DNA of 64,000 nt, taken from Antedon mediterranea (taxonomy: Eukaryota > Animalia > Echinodermata). The stretch is taken from positions 553,812 through 617,811 of the forward strand of contig NC_092675.1 in the NCBI RefSeq assembly GCF_964355755.1. The letters run 5' to 3'. The translations under genes were made by a program, and so were the position numbers. Numbering within the stretch: the stretch's first letter is position 1; every line of letters starts with the position of its first letter. Positions 1 through 12,565 of this stretch are shown here, one piece after another. The notes under the pieces are model-generated. The model searched no databases and was not told the DNA's origin. It saw nothing but the letters and a program-made list of their open reading frames with translations.

Positions 1-77
1 TGCGAAATGGTTTCGTTGGACATGTATTGTTTACTTTTTTGGCATTAAAACATCACATTTTAAAAAGAAATTTGGTC

Positions 78-3000
78 ATGGCAACTAAACCTGGCTTTAG
101 TTGTTATATGCCTTCACGAAAAGGCATTCGTAGATCTTATAATGTAGCACATCGTCTGCGAATGCGTGAGGTCAGTTGTATGTATTTAGGTCCTGCTGGG
201 TCGGTCCTTCATACAGGGCCTAGCCTCTAAGAGTCTAAGATGTCAGTCAATGCATGCTGGCCAGAATCAGAGACGTTTCGACCCAGGTGGTCCAGCAGGA
301 CGTTTCGGCCTACCTTTGTCTTATAAATTTCTCAAAAATGAGAAAACTGTTTGCATACAGTCATAAATACAGTAGGCCTAGGTAGGCCCTAGGCCTAGAC
401 CTAAATAATAAAAAACCAAATTTATTTTTTAAATGGATTTTTATTATTTAAATAAATTCAAAAAGAAGGATATAAAAAAAAATGTATTTTTTTTTTTTTA
501 TTCAAACAAACTCTAGGCCTAGGCTAACATTAGGCTGGTACACCTAATTTGATATAACAGCACCCGGCCGATTACTTGACATAATAGGCCTATTAAATCA
601 TAGCGTACAAAAATTAATTAACATTTTGTACACAAATATAAATATTGACATTTTTAAATTTATACAGAGTACAGAGTACAATTAATTAAATAAACAAAAA
701 GTTGTATCATTGCATTTATATCATGATATGCATTTAAATAAATTACATGTATGTTATGTATAAATTTACATTAATATAAAATTGCCTATAGTAGACTACT
801 TTTACTAAATATCAATAATAGATGGTTTAATATTTATATTAATTATTATCATTTTTAATTCGCTAGATTTCTGGTAATCTCCACCCAACAAAAACCAGTT
901 ACCCTGTATGTCGTTCAATGTTTGGTAAGGTACCTGGTCGTTTAGGAATTCCGCTAAAGGACATTGTTGATGCTAATGTTCTTCATGAGGAAGGGTAAGT
1001 TATTATTCATACAGTATGTCATTACTGGATTTGTGGAACAAAGAATGATGTCGTTTACTTATCAAATTAAGTGAACTGCTGCTTACGATTGTCAAAATAC
1101 TTGCATTGCATGTACACCCTTACTATGTAATATAGTAATCTACATTTTCTTTGATTTTTTCCAGTCATGTTTTTCTAGGCTTCAGTAAAGATGGTCAGTT
1201 TGTTCTATCTTATACACTGAATGTGGAAATAGTTGATCACATTGCATATCCCATCTACGTCTATAAGTTACATTGGTGGAAATTTAATAATGCTCAGCCC
1301 ATGGATAGAGTAAGTATTTTAAGTCGAAGGAGTGGAAATGCTGAGTTCCTAGGCTTACAGTAAATCTGATATTTGAAATGCATTTTCACTTAATCGTTTA
1401 CAACTATCTTTATAGGTGTCAGAGGTGCTTTTATTTGGTGAGGAAGAAATTCAACAAGACCTATATATTGCTATCTGTAGCTGGCCAACTGACCAATCAA
1501 AAATCTTGGTTTATGGATGGTATGATTACTTTATTTAAATTATGTTAATATAAAGTTTGTGATGCAGGAGTGAGAATTTAATTTTTATACCATTCTTAAT
1601 AAATAATATAAAGATTTCATTCTTATATACTGTGTTTGATATAAGGGTCACAAAAGGTGCAAAAATCGTCATCGTGTCTAAATTGCACAACGCATACATA
1701 TTTGGTTTCGATAAGATTAAGACGTCGTTCATCGAAGATATTATAATGTTTCTTTTTAATCTGAAAATAACACCCCTATCGAAAAATTAATCCCGGTAAA
1801 TACTATAGTCAATTGGCGTCAAAGTGGCAAAAGCAGCGGTTTTATTTTTCGCCAATCTGGAAACATTTTCGCTCGTGGCGACTTGGCAATCAGTCAGTGC
1901 GAGCCCAGCATACTCCTGATCGCTAGAAAGAGAAAAGGGCACTTTAGCTACAGGCTTTGTTCCCTATTACATGCACTTCATCCTGTTTCCTATTAAAACA
2001 ATAGGATTGTTATTTGTATGTTTATTTACAAATTTACTATTTTATTTCCTTCAGTTGTGCAACAAGTACACATGATATTGATGAAAAGAAACTACAATGT
2101 TATTTAACAGTAACAGCTATTCCATCGGTACAGCCTTGTCAACAATGCATTTTTCACAAGTACTCTAACCAAGATCAATTTGGTAAATCATTCTATGATG
2201 GTTCTATTATTTATTTGAAATGGTCATGATTATTTATCATTTATTTTACATACAGTATTATACAGTACCCAATTGCACAATACTTAATGTACGCTTTCTA
2301 TATCACCTGTTGTTGAACAGTTGAGAATGTATATGTCGCTTTAATTTATTTGAAGTACTGTAAGCAAATTACAGCATATGAAAGATGTGGAATACATTTT
2401 GATTTGAATTACGGGCCTTTAGGTTCTTATAATATGAATTTGTATAAATTTGTAAATTTCACCTGATGTATAGAGTTGCCAAATTAATGACAGAAACTGA
2501 TAATGAAAGTGTGTCATATCTACAAAATTGTGTTTTTGGAATAACAGTTCATAAACAGTATAATAGTGACATATTACTATTCTGGAAAAGTACTAAGGTC
2601 TAGTGTACAAATCTGGCTCATGTGCATTTTAAAGAACCTACAATGCTGTAGTGTATTTTTAATCCCAAATTGAAAACACAAATGTACCTTTAAGAAAGAA
2701 ACATGTTGTCCACAAATGTGCACAATTTATCCCACCCAGTAGGCTGAAAGTCATAGATTATTCTGCTACATTTTTATATAATAAACTTTTCCTTTTTTTT
2801 TATATAGATTTTGATCCAGCGTGGAATCTTATGTTTGAGGATATGATTCCTAGCCCACCAACACCACCAAAATGTCTACAACATGGCTTTGCTGTTCACA
2901 CCAAGTATGAACTATCTCCTCCATACCCATCACTGTCTCCTAAACATAGCCTAGCTAAAGATGGACTAGTTGTTTTAAATACAGGCGATGCACTTATTGC

Positions 3001-6000
3001 TCTGTCAGTGAAATTGGGTGAGTTTGGAACTGGTAGTAGTTTTTACTCGCCTTTAGTTTCTGGAAGCACATCGTTTGCATCGTTTTCTTCCAAGCATTCT
3101 AGTATTAAAGGAGACTCTCAACAGTTTTTGTCGCCAGCATCAAACTCACCAGTAAGTGTCAACAAGACAAAATTCGTAAGCTCACCTCAAAATCAACTAG
3201 ATCTTTTGAAAGAATCCTCATCCAATGTAAGAGATATGGCAACTCAGACTGTGGATGACTTATGCGATACATCTTCCATTGAAGAATGTCCTTCTAAAGA
3301 TGATGTCAAACGAACTTGTTTGTCTACAAAAAATTCAAAACTATGTTACAGTGGCCGTCGATGTCAAATAACTGTTTGTCAGTGTTCACCAAAAAGCGAT
3401 GGAATTGCGTCTTTAAACTCCGGAACAGAAGATTGCGATTGCCAAGAGTCTAGCCATTTTGCTTGGATCGATAACCTTGATAACGAAGGTAGTCCACGTA
3501 ATACATGTGCTCATTCACATCCAGCAGAGGAGACATGTGCCAGTCATGATCACTTCTCTCCATCAAATAGTCTAGATGTTCACCGCAACTCTAAAGTATA
3601 CGCCAAAGTTGAATTTACAAAGTCACGCCAGGATAAAGCGTGTAATACTCCAGATGACTTTTATTGTGAGCAAACTTCTTCAGTCAGCTGCAAAATTAAT
3701 CATGATACTGACTGTACAAGACACTTGATTAAATGTTCCATTCCGGAAACTGAAGTTAGATCTTTTAAATATAAACCTTCCAAGTCTATAGACGCATGTT
3801 TATGCAATGAGTTAAACAAACATTGCGATTTAAATTCATCCAAAGATAATTCAATAAAATGCAAATGTAATGACCGATTTCAAATGGATTTTCAAACTAA
3901 TTCTAATAGAAAACCTGACGATAAAAAGTTTGTAGCTTCAGTCGTAATGCCCCAGACAGCAAAAAATGCGTTTTTCCATGAAGATGTTCGATTGCAGAAT
4001 AACCATCATCAGCCACTACTTGGAGATTTTAGCTTAGGGATTGGATCCGAGATCCGACACCATTGCCCTGTACACAACATGGTTGACACTAATTTATCAA
4101 GTCAAATGACAATTCGTGAGTGCACATGCCAGCTTCAAGGATTCACATACTCTGTTAGACGATTTGTTGAGAGGACACCGGGTGAGGAGCTATTAGGACC
4201 GCTTGAGGGTAAGTCAGTACCTGTATTATCTTTTTGAGAATAAATTGCTTAGTCAAACAGCAGCTCTCTTCTGTTTAAAAATATTAAAATATTTATAAAG
4301 CATAATAATCAAATTCTACCACTGATTGATTGAAACAATTTCTGGATTGAAAACAAATACAGTATGTGAACAGTGTTTTAAAATCAGTTTTTACTTACTT
4401 ATCTAGGAGCAGACTACGTGAATGTGTGATTTTTATTTGTTTATTTTTCATTACCAGCGTATGACTACCACAGTATGTTACCCATGAGTGTGTTGGGGGA
4501 CAGACAAGCACCTATGGTACTCACCAACAGAACTGCTAGGAGTGAGGTTAGTTGTCTTCTTAAACTGTATGGTTGTTTTTGTGCTGCCTTCTTATCATGT
4601 TACAAGTACTTACCTTTAGCTTGTAACTTTGAAACTGCCATTACCTGACCTGACCGATGTTGATTATATTGATCTAGGTCCAGATATGTTTATAATGATC
4701 TAGATCCTGATATGTTAATATTAATCTAGATCCAGATATGTTGGTATTAATCTAGATCCAGATATTTAGGTATTGATCTAGATCATTTGTTGATATTGAT
4801 TATGTTGATATTGATCTAGGTACTGATATGTTGATGATTTGATAATTCCAATACTGAATCAAATGATATTGACAATCATCATTAGGTACACATCCCGTCA
4901 TCAAACTTATAGACTCATTCATTTCTTTAAAATGGTATATTTTACATTCATACAGATTTCTGTCTGTCTGTTCAATCACAAATCATACAACATATTCTAC
5001 ACTGCATATATAAGGACATCCATAGTTATTTGTAATATCGTACTAATTAATTGTATATTATATTTGTTCAGGGAGCATGTATTGATGTAAAGCAACTAAC
5101 AATGGATGCTGAGCACTACATCTGTGATGCCATCAGAATGCATGCTACCTGGGGTCATCGCTTTATAGCTTTCACAGATTACGATATGCAAATTTTAGAT
5201 GTAAGTTTTTGTGATTAGTAGTGCAAATATGGTTTATAATTTTTAGATGGATTAAATGAATTCAATATTATATGATCATCTTGTACACCATTTATTTGTA
5301 GGTTTGTCCAGACTCGTGTAGTGTCCTGGTGATGATAATGGCATTAATAAGGGCAAGACCAGTTCCTAAGCAACCTCAAAATGTGTTTGAATTCGTTGAT
5401 GAGCCATTTAGGTAATAATTGTTAGCATAGCTAACAAAAACAATTTAGAGAATCAACAAAATTACAAATTGTTTGTGTAAATAATAAATGCTATGCTATT
5501 CTAACTTGCAGTGTCTAAAGCTCTGTCTACACTATCAAACTAGACAAAAAAAAGTGTGATGTGACCAAATATGGTAGTGATATGATGTCATCATATCCAT
5601 ATATGGGTATATAACATTTTTTGTCACATAAAGTTGACAGAGCTTAGATCACAAAGCAGATTTTTAACAGCCCCTTTTTATATACAAGAGGACCTTTATA
5701 TTCAGTGAAGATTATTCTAATTAAACATCAATTCCAATAATCCCTTATGATTAAATATGATGTATGTAATATTCTTCCAAAAAAGTGGAACATACTATAA
5801 TGTTTATTGCCAGCAATTGAATGATAAGAACTTTCCAACATTAAAACCTTCGTTTCATATTTATTAGTCTTTGCTGTATGTTATATAATCTTTTTTTTCA
5901 GTGAGTTTCCATGTCTATACCAAACTGGCTTTAAATTTGCTTGGAATTTAAGAACTGGAAGATGTAAAACTTTAGATATTGAAGATTTACAAGAGTTTGA

Positions 6001-7172
6001 TCAAGCTAAACTGAAGTAAGTCATACTGTGGTTGTTATATAGTTGCACATTGTAGAATCTGTATGTCCATTTATGGCACAATGTAGTAAGTTCTGTAGTT
6101 CAATTATATGTGCACTGCTATTGGTAAAAGAGTGATGGTCAAATGAAATCCATTTAATGAGTTGTACACACATTACCTTTGTTGAAAGTAATATTGTTTG
6201 AAGGTTAATAGACTATTGCAATAATACAAAAGTAAAATAAGAAACAGTGATTGGTACATAACATGTATTTAATAGTTATAGCACTGAACTGATAACTCAA
6301 TAGAATTATGTTTTAACATTAAAAGGGAAAACCATGGTAGTAGTATTATGTTTTGAATAAAAAAAAAATCAAATATATATTGTGTAAAAGTAAATAAATA
6401 GTGATTGGTACATAACATATTTAATATTTACAGATACAGCACAGAATGGAATTATGCTTAAGCTCTTTCTACACTATCAAATTTGTTTGACAAAAAAGTG
6501 TCAAATATTGTAGTGATACACCCAAGTATGGTAGTGATATGCCCAAGTATGGTAGTGATATACCCAAGTATGGTAGTGATATGCCCAAATATGGTAATGA
6601 CATAACATCATTATGTTCATTATATGTGCACATCAGATTTTTTGTCACATAATGTTTGGAAGTGTAAACAGAGCTTTAAACATTAAAATGGAAAACCATG
6701 AGTGTAGTATTGTGTTTTGCATCATTGTAGAAATTGTTGTTTCTTGTAGGAAAACCTGGAATCCTGGACGTGCCTTATGTCAGCGAATTCAGCGGCAGTG
6801 CTCGATTCCCCAGAGCCACGCCAAAGGGGTACATGTTCTCACCAACGAGGCTGTCTTTAAAAGTAAACATACCGATTATTTTATAAAGGAGGGGAAATTT
6901 AACTGTCTGAAATAGTATTGTCACAGTGTCATCTAACATTATTTTGATATTATAATATGTTAGTGGAGCTGTAGCTTGGTGGTTAACATGCTTATTTCTT
7001 ATAATTCCAATTTCTATGAATGGTTCAATCCTGACCTAGTGCCAGGATTTTAACTCACTTTATCTACTCCACTTCCTAAGCCTAAAAAAAATATATTTTC
7101 TAATATTCTGTAGATCGTTCGTTAACCAAACTAATTGATCCTGTTCATTACATGGCTATTGTTCTCACCTGA
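78..7172 (+). CDS. DCAF15: DDB1- and CUL4-associated factor 15 (CRL4 substrate receptor), 12 coding exons, ~870 aa
   Basis: GT-AG exons that join in frame: 78-170, 867-994, 1165-1309, 1416-1519, 2055-2182, 2808-4208, 4458-4546, 5072-5200, 5302-5411, 5902-6015, 6750-6862, 7114-7172 (2613 nt). Peptides GHVFLGFSKDGQFVLSYT, YVYKLHWWKFN, LFGEEEIQQDLYIAICSWPTDQSKILVYG, CLQHGFAVHTKY and QLTMDAEHYICDAIRMHATWGHRFIAFTDYDMQILDVCP match recalled human DCAF15 (GHIFLGFSKCGRYVLSYT ... CLRHGFMLHTKY ... [22 protein letters not shown]). Confidence 0.93.
5519..5644. mobile_element. MITE family A copy (TIR AGCTCTGTCTACACTATCAAAC), right TIR partly deleted
   Basis: Shares TIR and the internal ccaaatatggtagtgatatg motif with copies at 6461, 7347, 27832, 33646, 36692 and 43914. 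Confidence 0.8.
6461..6675. mobile_element. MITE family A (PIF/Harbinger/Tourist-like), TTA target duplication, internal 21-bp tandem repeat
   Basis: tta|agctctttctacactatcaaa...gtttggaagtgtaaacagagct|tta; internal cccaagtatggtagtgatata/g repeated about 4 times. Confidence 0.85.
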
Positions 7173-7346
7173 TCAAGGACCTCTGCTAAATCTGCTGGTT
7201 GCAACCCCTGCTTTGCAAGACATCTAATGCTTGAGATGCCTGAGTCACAATATAAAGAGTCTTCATATGGATCATTTAGATGTTGCATTCCCACTGATGA
7301 CTAAGTATCCTTCTCAGAAAATGTTTTAGAGGAAGTAAATGTATTA

Positions 7347-7493
7347 AGCTTTGTCTACACTATCAAACTTTATGTGACAACAAAATGTGATGTTCCCATA
7401 TATGGACATGATGATGTCATATCACTACCATATTTGGGCATACCACTGCCATCACACTTTTTGTCAAACTAGTTTGATAGTGTAGACAGAGCT
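7347..7493. mobile_element. MITE family A copy in the DCAF15 3' region
   Basis: agctttgtctacactatcaaact...agtttgatagtgtagacagagct; internal part in opposite orientation to the 6461 copy. Confidence 0.85.
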
Positions 7494-8434
7494 TAACACT
7501 ATTAAGTATGCCCTAATGTCTGTACTACATAGTATTGTTCTGGATTTTCCTTCTGATGATTACATTCTTTAAAATTTAGAAAATTAAAATTGAATTACAG
7601 TATAAATGTATATTTATATAATATCTTTTGTTTAAATGAGACAGGGTGAGTTTCTGTTCTTCCTATTGTTTTAGCAATAAAGTTAGAATTTACTGAAGAT
7701 AACAAGTTATTGTAGATAGTCATATCACTATGACAGCAGTAGAATAGTCTATACCTCTGCAATGTCAGACCTACTTGACTGTTTGCTATAGGATGTCCAC
7801 TTATAAGGCATATAAGTACAGAGGTATACATACATATTTTCTATTTCTCAGTTATTCATTTATGTTCTGAATATTCAAATATTATATACATCATCATTTT
7901 GATTGTTTGTAATTTATTTAAAGTTTAATTTTATATTTCTGTAAGTGATATTGTAATTTGAATTGTATATAAATAATAATAATTAATATTAATAATTAAT
8001 AATAATAATTAATTCCTAATTGATTGAAGAAATCTTAATTAAATCTTTGAAAAATAATATGTATTTTATATACAGTATAAATGACAGACTAAGATTCCTT
8101 TATTGTTATTTGATCATTATTGTAAAATTGGTTTTGTTTATTTAATTATCTGCGTTTTTGGTTTTGCTGTTCATTTTGGTTCATTTTTGGCCAAAGTGAA
8201 TAACAACATTACAACTACAAAATGGCCTATTCAAAGTTTGATTGGATTTTTCAAGTTTTGTGGTACAATGTACATCTTTAATGGATACCTGTGTATTCCA
8301 GATGTATATTTGATAAATTAATAATTGGTGTGCTGAGGTTGTGCCCTCCTACCATCAGATTTAAGTGCATTATTCTGCTGTATATTAAAGATAAATGTTA
8401 CTACTTTATACAGAACAGAATGAAAAATAGAATG

Positions 8435-8614
8435 CCAGTGGCTGTGTTCACCATTCACACTTAGGCTAAGAGAAACACTTAACACTTAAATAAAAAAATC
8501 TATCTAAGTGAATACAATTTAAGGGAAATACTTAAATGTTCCTTGACTTAAGTGAAATACTTAATATATAAGGGAAATATCTCACTCAGTTTGATTGGTG
8601 AATATGGCCACTGG
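8435..8614. mobile_element. Small MITE with ~27-bp imperfect TIRs
   Basis: ccagtggctgtgttcaccattcacact ... agtttgattggtgaatatggccactgg (reverse complement ccagtggccatattcaccaatcaaact). Confidence 0.6.
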
Positions 8615-9127
8615 TTCTTTTTTATGGGCCGCAAATGTTTTTGGTTTTGTTTGTTTATTTACTTTATTGTTTGAATGTACTTTTTGTATTGGGTGGGCTT
8701 TATGATGGTCTTTATTTTACCTGTTTTTTTGTGTATAGGTGCTTCAACTGGTTTTATTATCTGAGCAGATATCGCTATGTAAGTCAACTTAACTAACGCA
8801 CCATTATATTACTGTTGTGTGCAGTGAATAAACAAAAGGCAAAGAAAACACTTTTTGTGAGTCCATTGTTAGAAGTAAATCAGCTTATTTGGGCATTGTG
8901 TGAAGAAAGCTGCATAAAATGACCAGTTGTCCTTAGCCTTGTATTCATCAATTTTAGATAATAATTTCCAAAATAAATATTTCATAATATTTTTAATTAC
9001 ATTGTAACATACTGTAGTTATGTTTTTTTTTATTATGTAAGTTTTGATCGATTTAAAATGAGTTTTATAAAATTACTATTCAGTTGTTTTCATTAAAAAA
9101 CCAAAGCATACGGTAATTATTTTTTTT

Positions 9128-10564
9128 CTTATGGTGTCTTATAACAAAGTTTTTGCGTTAAAATTGCTCTATATGATCATATATTGCTTTATCATCATAT
9201 TATAGTACCATAGACACAGTTATGTCAAAAAATAATAAGGATCGAAACTTTGTCATTTTTTTCGAATATTGGCCAAAATATCGGGTTTTTAAAATTCAAT
9301 TATTATGTGATAAAATTGCTCTATATGATCATATATTGCTTTATCATCATATTATAGTACCATAGACACCAGTTATGTCGAAAAATAAAAGGGTCGAAAA
9401 TTGGCCATTTTTGAAAAAATCCCTGTACTATAGTACAGGAATTTTTCGAAAATTTGCCAAAATATTAGGTTTTTAAAATTCAATTATTATGTGATAAAAT
9501 TGCTCTATATGATTATATATTGCTTTATCATCATATTATAGTACCATAGACACCAGTTATGTCGAAAAAATAAAAGGGTCGAAAATTGGCCATTTTTGAA
9601 AAAATCCCTGTACTATAGTACAGGGATTTTTTTCGAAAATTTGCCAAAATATTAGGTTTTTAAAATTCAATTATTATGTGATAAAATTGCTCTATATGAT
9701 CATATATTGCTTTATCATCATCTTATAGTACCATAGAGACCAGCTATGTCGAAAAATAAAAGGGTCGAAAATTTGGCATTTTTGAAAAAATCCCTGTACT
9801 ATAGTAAGGGATATTTTCGAATATTGGCCAAAATATTGGATTTTTAAAATTCAATTATTATGTAATAAAATTGCTCTATATGATCATATATTGCTTTATC
9901 ATCATCTTATAGTACCATAGAGACCAGTTGTCAAAAAATAAAAGGGTCGAAAATTGGCCATTTTTGAAAAAATCCCTGTACTATAGTACAGGGATTTTTT
10001 CGAAAATTTGCTGAAATATTAGGTTTTTAAAATTCAATTATTATGTGATAAAATTGCTCTATATGATCATATATTGCTTTATCATCATATTATAGTACCA
10101 TAGACACCAGTTATGTCGAAAAATAAAAGGGTCGAAAATTGGCCATTTTTGAAAAAATCCCTGTACTATAGTACAGGGATTTTTTCGGAAATTTTGGCCA
10201 AAATATCGGGTTTTTAAAATTCAATTATTATGTGATAAAATTGCTCTATATGATCATATATTGCTTTCTTATAGTACCATAGAAACAGTTATGTCAAAAA
10301 ATAAAAGGATCAAAGATTTGCAATTTTTTTCGAAAATTGGCCAAAATATCGAGTTTTTAAAGTTCAATTATTATGCGATAAAATTGCTCTATATGATCAT
10401 ATATTGCTTTATCATCATCTTATAGTACCATAGACACCAGTTATGTCGAAAAATAAAAGTGTCGAAAAATGGGAAAAAATGAACATTTCAAAATGAGCTA
10501 ATATTACTATATGTGCATGTATATAGGGTTATGATCAACTTATGGTGTCTTATAACAAAGTTTT
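9128..10564. repeat. Satellite array of ~185-bp units (about 8 unit starts) with an internal palindrome, bracketed by a 26-bp direct repeat
   Basis: Unit start aaattgctctatatgat at about 9161, 9313, 9497, 9684, 9868, 10052, 10238 and 10381. Palindrome aaaatccctgtactatagtacagggatttt in the inner units. cttatggtgtcttataacaaagtttt at ~9128 and ~10539. Confidence 0.92.
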
Positions 10565-12565
10565 GTTTTTCGATATATTATATTATGTTATCATCTTCTG
10601 ACCATTATGCCTAAAAATAAGGTAGAAATTCAATCTTCTCATTTTTCAAAAAATCTCCAAACTACATTAAGGCCAAGCCTTTTTGAAAAAATCACAAAAA
10701 AATAGGCACAAAACTGAATTGTTATGCGCTAAATGTCAGTATGAACACATGTTGCATTATTACAATGATTACATTACATTATATACAAAAGGAATGAATA
10801 ACACATATGACAACCTACATAGCATTAAATACTGGCATACAGTGCTTTATTGTCAACATAGTATATATACCATCAACCTGCGTGGTAACCAAAATACAAT
10901 GCAATAGTTCATTATATATTTTTATTATTAATTTTTTAAATAGAGAGCTTTGAGCATTTATTTCATCTAATCCCCATCTAAGTGTCGATTCTTGGTACTG
11001 TCTAGACCTCTATTATCATATTAATATTTGGTATACAACATCACATGTGTTTCACATGTATCTCCTAGCATAATATACCATATACATTAAACACCTAAGC
11101 TTACATGATACAGGTAGCATATGTGACACAAATGAGATACTATTACCAAATATTCCTATCATACTGGGCAAATATTGTATGTGGAGATACAGCATTGAGA
11201 ATCAGGTATTTTTTAATATAATAGATGATTCTTGGTATGACATGGGCAGGATTTGAAATCATTAATTGGGGTTGGTAGCAAGCCAGCACTGCTATATGAT
11301 GCGAAGCTAACTTAATTAGTACGTTGGAGCAGGGAAATCAGCACACCCAGACATAATACACTATTGTCAGTATATTTCACAATATCTTAAAACAACCGGT
11401 TAACAGATTTACATTTCATATGTAATATGAGAATTAGGAGACATTCTCATCAATAAACAGAGTATAAAAGTGCATTTAAAAAATATATTATCTTTTGGCC
11501 CAGCTTCATGCGCATAACCAATTAATATAACGTAAGCATTATTATATTTAAACCAATAACATTGCTGTGTGACTAGCTTTATAAAACGTAAAAACAATTC
11601 AAATTATTGTCACATGCTTTACAATTATAAACAAATTAGAACCATTTTTTGCGACATGCATATTTTTAATTTTATAAGTCCTGCTTTAAAATAATTCTTG
11701 CATAAAAAGATTAAACAATATATTATTTGAACTACATCCACTATTGCACCTACCGTATATGGAACTGACTGACTATACTACTTAATAATAAAACACTACA
11801 GCGTTTAGTTTACTATAGTTTATATGATTCTATAAATAGAAAAATATCTAGAAAGATTAAATTTGTTTCTACAAAAACTGAATAATAAAGTACCTATTCT
11901 GTCATAAGACTGTACTGTACTATAATTACTAAAATATGTTTTAATAAAAGTTACTGTTTAGTGTGTTTTTGTCATTGTTGGCATCACATACCTTTTACAA
12001 AGTAATGTACTTAAGTGAAATTCTTCAAACTCGGCACAAATACTAGCTGTAATTTTCTTAAACCTAATTAATACTTAAAACTACTGTAGATGCTTAACTA
12101 GAATTTCTATGTTATATTTTACTTAAGGAGTTGTTCATAAAATGATCAAACAATTGAACATTTCACATTATTATGACAAAATAATAATAATTATGTTATT
12201 ATTCTAATAAAAAATCTGTATTAAAAGGTAAATAATCAAATAAGCTCATCTGTGCTATTGGCTAATAAAAATCAGGCTTCACTGCATTGCTTATTTGACT
12301 GTTCTGCTTATTGATTGTGTGGTGTTGAGTTTAGAATTCGAGTAGTATGGCAAATTATATCATATTCAAAATCAATATTTATTGGCATTCCTAAACTTAA
12401 ATGATGTTTCACTTATGTAACTTGTTTCAACAGCAATTATTCAAATATAAGTTCAATCTCGATCATCAGTGGCAGTAGCAATGAAAAATAACCAAGGAGT
12501 TGTGTTATGGTAAAATAAATCAAGATAAAATGATGATAAAAACAGTACAGTAAACATTCATTCAT

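Noticed and set aside
6965-7060. Possible tRNA gene (gtagcttggtggttaac...ggttcaatcct)
   Set aside because: A/B-box-like motifs only, no convincing cloverleaf; more likely a decayed SINE head.
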